A stretch of DNA of 34,103 nt from a virus (lineage: Duplodnaviria > Caudoviricetes), in the IMG/VR virus record IMGVR_UViG_3300020172_004120, positions 1 through 34,103 of that record; one strand, written 5' to 3'. The notes below the pieces were generated by a model, which was given only the letters and a program-made list of their open reading frames with translations, did not search any database and was not told the origin of the DNA. Both the position numbers and the translations under genes were made by a program. Numbering within the stretch: position 1 is the first letter of the stretch; each line of letters starts with the position of its first letter. Positions 30,216 to 34,103 of the stretch are shown one piece after another.

Positions 30216-31220
30216 ATGTTTGAATATTTTTATCACGAAATTTTAAGAAAAACAATTATTGGATTCGGATCCCTATTTAATGAATTAAGAATAAAACATA
30301 AAAATGATCAAGATCAAACAGTAAGTGTCATTAAGATTCCTCTTGCATATGGACCAACACAAAAGTTTTTAGCAAGACTTGAGCAGGTTCCGGATCTGAA
30401 TAAGCCAATACAAATTACAGTGCCAAGAATGTCATTTGAGTTGACAGGAATATCATATGATTCTACAAGAAAGGTATCCACAGTTCAAACATTTTTGACA
30501 AGTTCTGTTTCAAATCAGAGTGATAAAAGAAAGGCATACATGCCAGTTCCATATAATTTATACTTTGAATTGAGCATATTTACAAAATTAAATGATGATA
30601 TGCTACAAATAGTGGAGCAAATTTTACCATATTTTCAACCCTCGTATAATTTGACTATAGATCTTGTTGATGAAATTGGCGAAAAACGTGATGTGCCAAT
30701 TGTACTTGAAGGTATTCAAATGCAAGATAATTACGAGGGTGATTATTCTTCCAGAAGAATTTTAATTTATACTTTAAGATTTACTGCAAAAACTTATCTA
30801 TTTGGACCGGTTTCCGGATCAGTTTCTTCCGACATTATCAAAAAAGTATCTATTGGATATGTTGCTGGAGATACCACAAAAACACCTACAAGAGAAATTA
30901 CATATTTGGTCGAACCTAGAGCAACAAAGAGTTATACAAATAATAATATAACTAACTTATCGCAAGATATAACAGCAGAACAAACAACCATAAACGTCGA
31001 AAATACTTCATCAATACTTGAAGGTGATTATATAGTGATAGATCAAGAAGAGATGTATGTAAAATCAGTTTCTGCAAATACGTTAAAGGTTGTACGTGGA
31101 TCAGATTCAACCATTACCTCTCCACATGTCCTTGGATCTATCATAAACAAAATTACTCAAGCAGATAATGAATTAATTCAAGTTGGAGATGATTTTGGGT
31201 TTGATGATTCAATAGCATAA
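30216..31220 (+). CDS. gp15: Tail sheath stabilizer / tail terminator gp15
   Basis: 334 aa with 'YFYHEILRKTII.FG.LFN', 'PLAYGP.QKFLARL', 'PRMSFE', 'PVPYN..FEL' and 'QIVEQILPYFQP'. Confidence 0.95.
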   Translation: MFEYFYHEILRKTIIGFGSLFNELRIKHKNDQDQTVSVIKIPLAYGPTQKFLARLEQVPDLNKPIQITVPRMSFELTGISYDSTRKVSTVQTFLTSSVSNQSDKRKAYMPVPYNLYFELSIFTKLNDDMLQIVEQILPYFQPSYNLTIDLVDEIGEKRDVPIVLEGIQMQDNYEGDYSSRRILIYTLRFTAKTYLFGPVSGSVSSDIIKKVSIGYVAGDTTKTPTREITYLVEPRATKSYTNNNITNLSQDITAEQTTINVENTSSILEGDYIVIDQEEMYVKSVSANTLKVVRGSDSTITSPHVLGSIINKITQADNELIQVGDDFGFDDSIA

Positions 31221-31222
31221 CA

Positions 31223-31675
31223 ATGAAAATGACAAAAAAATTTGAACATTTAAATAATACATTCAATGTTTCCAGTGATATTGTAGATGTAGATGTGGAA
31301 ATTGAAAATTCATTAGAAATAGAAAAAGAAAAGAAAGTAGAATCTCCACTTTCTAATGATATAAAAAAAGATTATGAATACACTAGGGGAAATTTATATT
31401 CTTTAATAGAAAAGGGACAAGAAGCAATTAATGGAATTTTGGATTTGGCCCATGAAACAGAAACTCCAAGAGCATACGAAGTTGCTGGGCAATTAATAAA
31501 AAATGTTGCAGACGCAACAGAAAAATTAATGGATCTCCAAAAAAAATTAAAAGACATTGACGAGACAAAACAACAAAAAGGTCCTACTAATGTTACAAAT
31601 GCACTTTTTGTTGGATCTACATCTGAGTTGTCAAAATTATTGAAAAAAAGATCTAAAGACGATGATGATAAATAA
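31223..31675 (+). CDS. gp16: Terminase small subunit gp16
   Basis: 150 aa with 'DYEYTRGNLYSLIEKGQEAINGI..LA.E...PRAYEVAGQLIK' and 'NALFVGST.EL.K.L'; follows gp15. Confidence 0.93.
   Translation: MKMTKKFEHLNNTFNVSSDIVDVDVEIENSLEIEKEKKVESPLSNDIKKDYEYTRGNLYSLIEKGQEAINGILDLAHETETPRAYEVAGQLIKNVADATEKLMDLQKKLKDIDETKQQKGPTNVTNALFVGSTSELSKLLKKRSKDDDDK
31668..31674 (+). promoter_or_regulatory. T4-type late promoter (ATAAATA) overlapping the gp16 stop
   Basis: 13 nt upstream of ATG 31688. Confidence 0.6.
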
Positions 31676-31687
31676 TTAAAAAAACAA

Positions 31688-32023
31688 ATGGCAGTACCAG
31701 CAGTCAATATTACAATAGAAAAAGGTGTTGACTTTGAAAACTCATTTACAATATCAAATCCAGATGGATCTGCATTTAATTTATTTGGATATACTGCCGT
31801 AGCAAAGATAAAAAAATTTCCTTCAGCAACGATCTCAAAATCTTTTTCAGTTTCTATTACACCAGCGATCGGCAAAATACTTATATCTATGGGCAGCTCT
31901 ATGACAAGTGAATTGTCCGAGGGAAGAAACTATTATGATATTATAATTATATCCAATGGATATAATCAAAAAACAAGAGTTATTGAAGGAATGGCACTAG
32001 TATCACCAACGGTATCTGCATAA
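31688..32023 (+). CDS. Small beta-rich putative virion protein (111 aa)
   Basis: 'NITIEKG.DF...F...N.DGS..NL.GY....KIKK...T..L..GR.YYDI......TRVIEG...VSP.V' resembles Ig-like/BppU-N-like phage structural adaptors; late promoter upstream. Confidence 0.75.
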   Translation: MAVPAVNITIEKGVDFENSFTISNPDGSAFNLFGYTAVAKIKKFPSATISKSFSVSITPAIGKILISMGSSMTSELSEGRNYYDIIIISNGYNQKTRVIEGMALVSPTVSA

Positions 32024-32355
32024 TGTCTATAGGAAGCATGTCATATAATGTAAAATTCAATAAAACATCGGGGTTTAAAGTAACCAGAGAAAAAGCTATG
32101 GCTTCAAATTATTTTCAAGAATTATTGGATGTAACTTTTCCGGGTATATCAAAGGATAATCCAAATTTAAACAAAGACAATTATGTAGTTGTATACGATA
32201 GTATATTGAACAAATTTACAATTGTTGACCCAGATGGAGTTCTTTCAGCAGCTTCTACTACATCTAGCGTTCAACCAGGATTACCAGAAGATTTTTTAAA
32301 TGCATTAGATGCTGACCTTGATAATAGAATTGACGTAGATGGTGGAGTATTCTAG
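32023..32355 (+). CDS. Hypothetical, probably virion- or fibre-associated protein (up to 110 aa)
   Basis: TAATG coupling to the previous ORF; 'ELLDV', 'VVVYD....KF' and terminal 'IDVDGGVF'. The start could instead be the ATG at 32038 or 32098. Confidence 0.7.
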   Translation: MSIGSMSYNVKFNKTSGFKVTREKAMASNYFQELLDVTFPGISKDNPNLNKDNYVVVYDSILNKFTIVDPDGVLSAASTTSSVQPGLPEDFLNALDADLDNRIDVDGGVF

Positions 32356-32358
32356 TCA

Positions 32359-32365
32359 ATAAATA
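32359..32365 (+). promoter_or_regulatory. T4-type late promoter (ATAAATA)
   Basis: Intergenic, 18 nt upstream of ATG 32384. Confidence 0.65.
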
Positions 32366-32383
32366 TTTAAAAGATAGAAAAAT

Positions 32384-34103
32384 ATGGCCTCATCACTACT
32401 TCGGTTTAAAAGGGGCAATGCTGGAATTGGTGGAACAGTTCCCGCATTAAAACCCGGTGAACCAGCTTTCTCTCTTAATAACTTTGATCTTTTTGTAGGA
32501 TTCAATACAACAGTATCTGGAAATAAATTTTTCGGTTCTCACAGGTATTGGACAAGAGAAGATGAAAGCACCCGTGGTAGTGGAATAAATCTTGTAGAAT
32601 CTACAAATAATGGATCAAATTACATAACTCTTGCAGCTCCTGCTTCTGTTGGATCTGCTGTAACTTATTATTTTCCAGCAAACCAAGGAACTGTCGATAG
32701 TGTTTTAATCAATGATGGAAATGGAGACCTGTCTTGGTCAACTAACATACCAATTTTAAGTGGAATCGTAACTTTTACAAATGTAGAAGATTCTTATAGT
32801 AAAGACAGTGGTGCGGTAATAATTGAGGGTGGTTTAGGGGTAGAGAAGAATGTAAATATAGGCGGAAGTGTAAGTATTGGCAGTAATTTTAATGTTGCTG
32901 GAATAGGAACTATTCCAACATTCAATAGCCAATATTCTACTATTGAACATGTAAGAGGTTTAAATTTAAGTTATACTGGAATTGGTACAGTTACCAATTT
33001 TAATTCTACAAATTCATATATCAATACTGGCATCGTAACTACTTTGCGAGGTATTGATTTAAACTACAGTGGAATTGGTACAATCGTTACATTCAATTCC
33101 ACAACCTCAAATATATCAAGTATATACAATTCAAATTTATATTCAAATACCGGTATTGTAACCACTTTAAGAGGAACCAATTTAAATTATTCTGGTGTTG
33201 GAACTATTGCCAATGTAGTAGGGACAAACTTAAATTATACCGGAATTGGTACTATTGATGGTACATTTAATGTTGGAATTGGCGGAACTGTAATTTCTAC
33301 TCTTTCTAATGGGTTTGTTGGCGTCTTAACGACCAATACAAGTGATGATATTACACTATACAAAAATACAAGAATTGCAAATTATGGGTCTGGCGCAAAA
33401 TTAAGCGTAGGTAGAATAACAAGTGGATTAGATTCCACGCCCGGAAGTTTATTTTATCCAGAATCCGGTACATTAATAACAAATTCCACAAATGGTGGAT
33501 ATTATTTGAACAATCTTGGAACTTTGGTTTGGTATGTCGATTACAACGGAAATCAGTATAATAAGGGATTCGTTAGAGTTGGTCCAACAACAAATGCAAC
33601 CAATATTACTTTAGATCCAAATGGTAATATTTCCGCAGCAGGAATATCCACATCATTTTCTGTAAGTATTGGATCGACCCAAGTAATTAGTAATGAAAGA
33701 CAACTCCAAAATATACTGTCTTTAGATGCTATTACTATTAGTACAATTGAAACTGCGGTTTCAAATGCACCTAACACATTCACTGATCTAAAAATAAGTG
33801 GTATCTCCACATTTATTGGCATAGCAACGTTTGCTTCAGGAATACACGTTGTTTCTGGAGTAACTACACTCGGAGTAACTACTGCAACAGATTTAACACT
33901 ACAAAATTTAAGAGTAAGTGGATTAGGAACTATTGCAACTCTTGATGGTACCACAGCAAATATAACTAATGCAAATATTGTAAGTGGAATAGTTACTACT
34001 CTCGCAGGTACTAACTTAAATTATTCCGGAATAGCGACCTTACCAACAATTGATGGAACCACCGCAGATTTTGTAAACCTTTACTCTAATGTTGGTGTAG
34101 TAA
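32384..34103 (+). CDS. Tail fibre-like protein, 3'-truncated by the window end (at least 573 aa)
   Basis: Translated by hand and open to the window end. The N-terminus MASSLLRFKRG...LKPGEPAF...LFVG is an Mtd-N-like fibre attachment motif, followed by repeats of GIVTTLRGTNLNYSGIGTI. Absent from the track because it has no stop codon. Confidence 0.8.
   Translation, partial: MASSLLRFKRGNAGIGGTVPALKPGEPAFSLNNFDLFVGFNTTVSGNKFFGSHRYWTREDESTRGSGINLVESTNNGSNYITLAAPASVGSAVTYYFPANQGTVDSVLINDGNGDLSWSTNIPILSGIVTFTNVEDSYSKDSGAVIIEGGLGVEKNVNIGGSVSIGSNFNVAGIGTIPTFNSQYSTIEHVRGLNLSYTGIGTVTNFNSTNSYINTGIVTTLRGIDLNYSGIGTIVTFNSTTSNISSIYNSNLYSNTGIVTTLRGTNLNYSGVGTIANVVGTNLNYTGIGTIDGTFNVGIGGTVISTLSNGFVGVLTTNTSDDITLYKNTRIANYGSGAKLSVGRITSGLDSTPGSLFYPESGTLITNSTNGGYYLNNLGTLVWYVDYNGNQYNKGFVRVGPTTNATNITLDPNGNISAAGISTSFSVSIGSTQVISNERQLQNILSLDAITISTIETAVSNAPNTFTDLKISGISTFIGIATFASGIHVVSGVTTLGVTTATDLTLQNLRVSGLGTIATLDGTTANITNANIVSGIVTTLAGTNLNYSGIATLPTIDGTTADFVNLYSNVGVV

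Noticed and set aside
31655-31675. gp16 ends in KDDDDK, resembling a FLAG/enterokinase tag
   Set aside because: It lacks the DY of DYKDDDDK and there is no vector context. A charged tail is ordinary, and the last codons overlap a late promoter.
1775-33954. Many minus-strand and out-of-frame ORFs nested in the long genes (e.g. 14160-14654, 31372-31875, 33553-33954)
   Set aside because: These are antisense or frame shadows of long, codon-biased genes, with no recognisable motifs.
32384-34103. Diversity-generating retroelement suggested by the Mtd-N-like fibre N-terminus
   Set aside because: No reverse transcriptase and no template/variable repeat pair differing at adenines was seen in the window. 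This N-terminal motif is common in ordinary fibres.
34101-34103. TAA at the window end as the fibre stop codon
   Set aside because: It is out of frame with ORF 32384, whose codons read ...GGT GTA GTA A.
1-34103. tRNA, rRNA, CRISPR array, integrase/transposase, homing endonuclease or intein
   Set aside because: I saw no cloverleaf or T-loop motifs, regularly spaced repeats or recognisable catalytic motifs by eye, and the intergenic gaps are short. tRNAscan, Rfam and Pfam runs would be needed to exclude them formally.

Overview
This 34 kb window comes from a T4-like cyanophage (cyanomyovirus), probably a freshwater Synechococcus/Cyanobium phage; the host is an inference. All credible genes are on the + strand. 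The first ~740 bp is a GC-rich (about 60% by eye) early-gene-like region of small ORFs, each behind a repeated sigma70-like promoter motif. The sequence then switches abruptly to AT-rich DNA (about 30% GC). That part carries small hypothetical genes and a GT-A glycosyltransferase-like gene, followed by the late structural module. The module runs gp25, gp6, a 3989-aa gp7, gp8, a VrlC/DUF4815-type structural protein apparently split into two genes (the first ending in a long poly-Gly tail), gp13, gp14, gp15, gp16, two small genes and a tail-fibre gene truncated by the window end. T4-type late promoters ((T)ATAAATA/CTAAATA) precede several genes. Several ORFs are missing from the supplied track: 828-950, 2020-2175, 2176-2316, 27754-27918 and 32384->34103. 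The most interesting is 27754-27918, which resembles NblA (phycobilisome degradation adaptor) and sits inside the structural operon. All family assignments come from motif recognition and gene order, not database searches.
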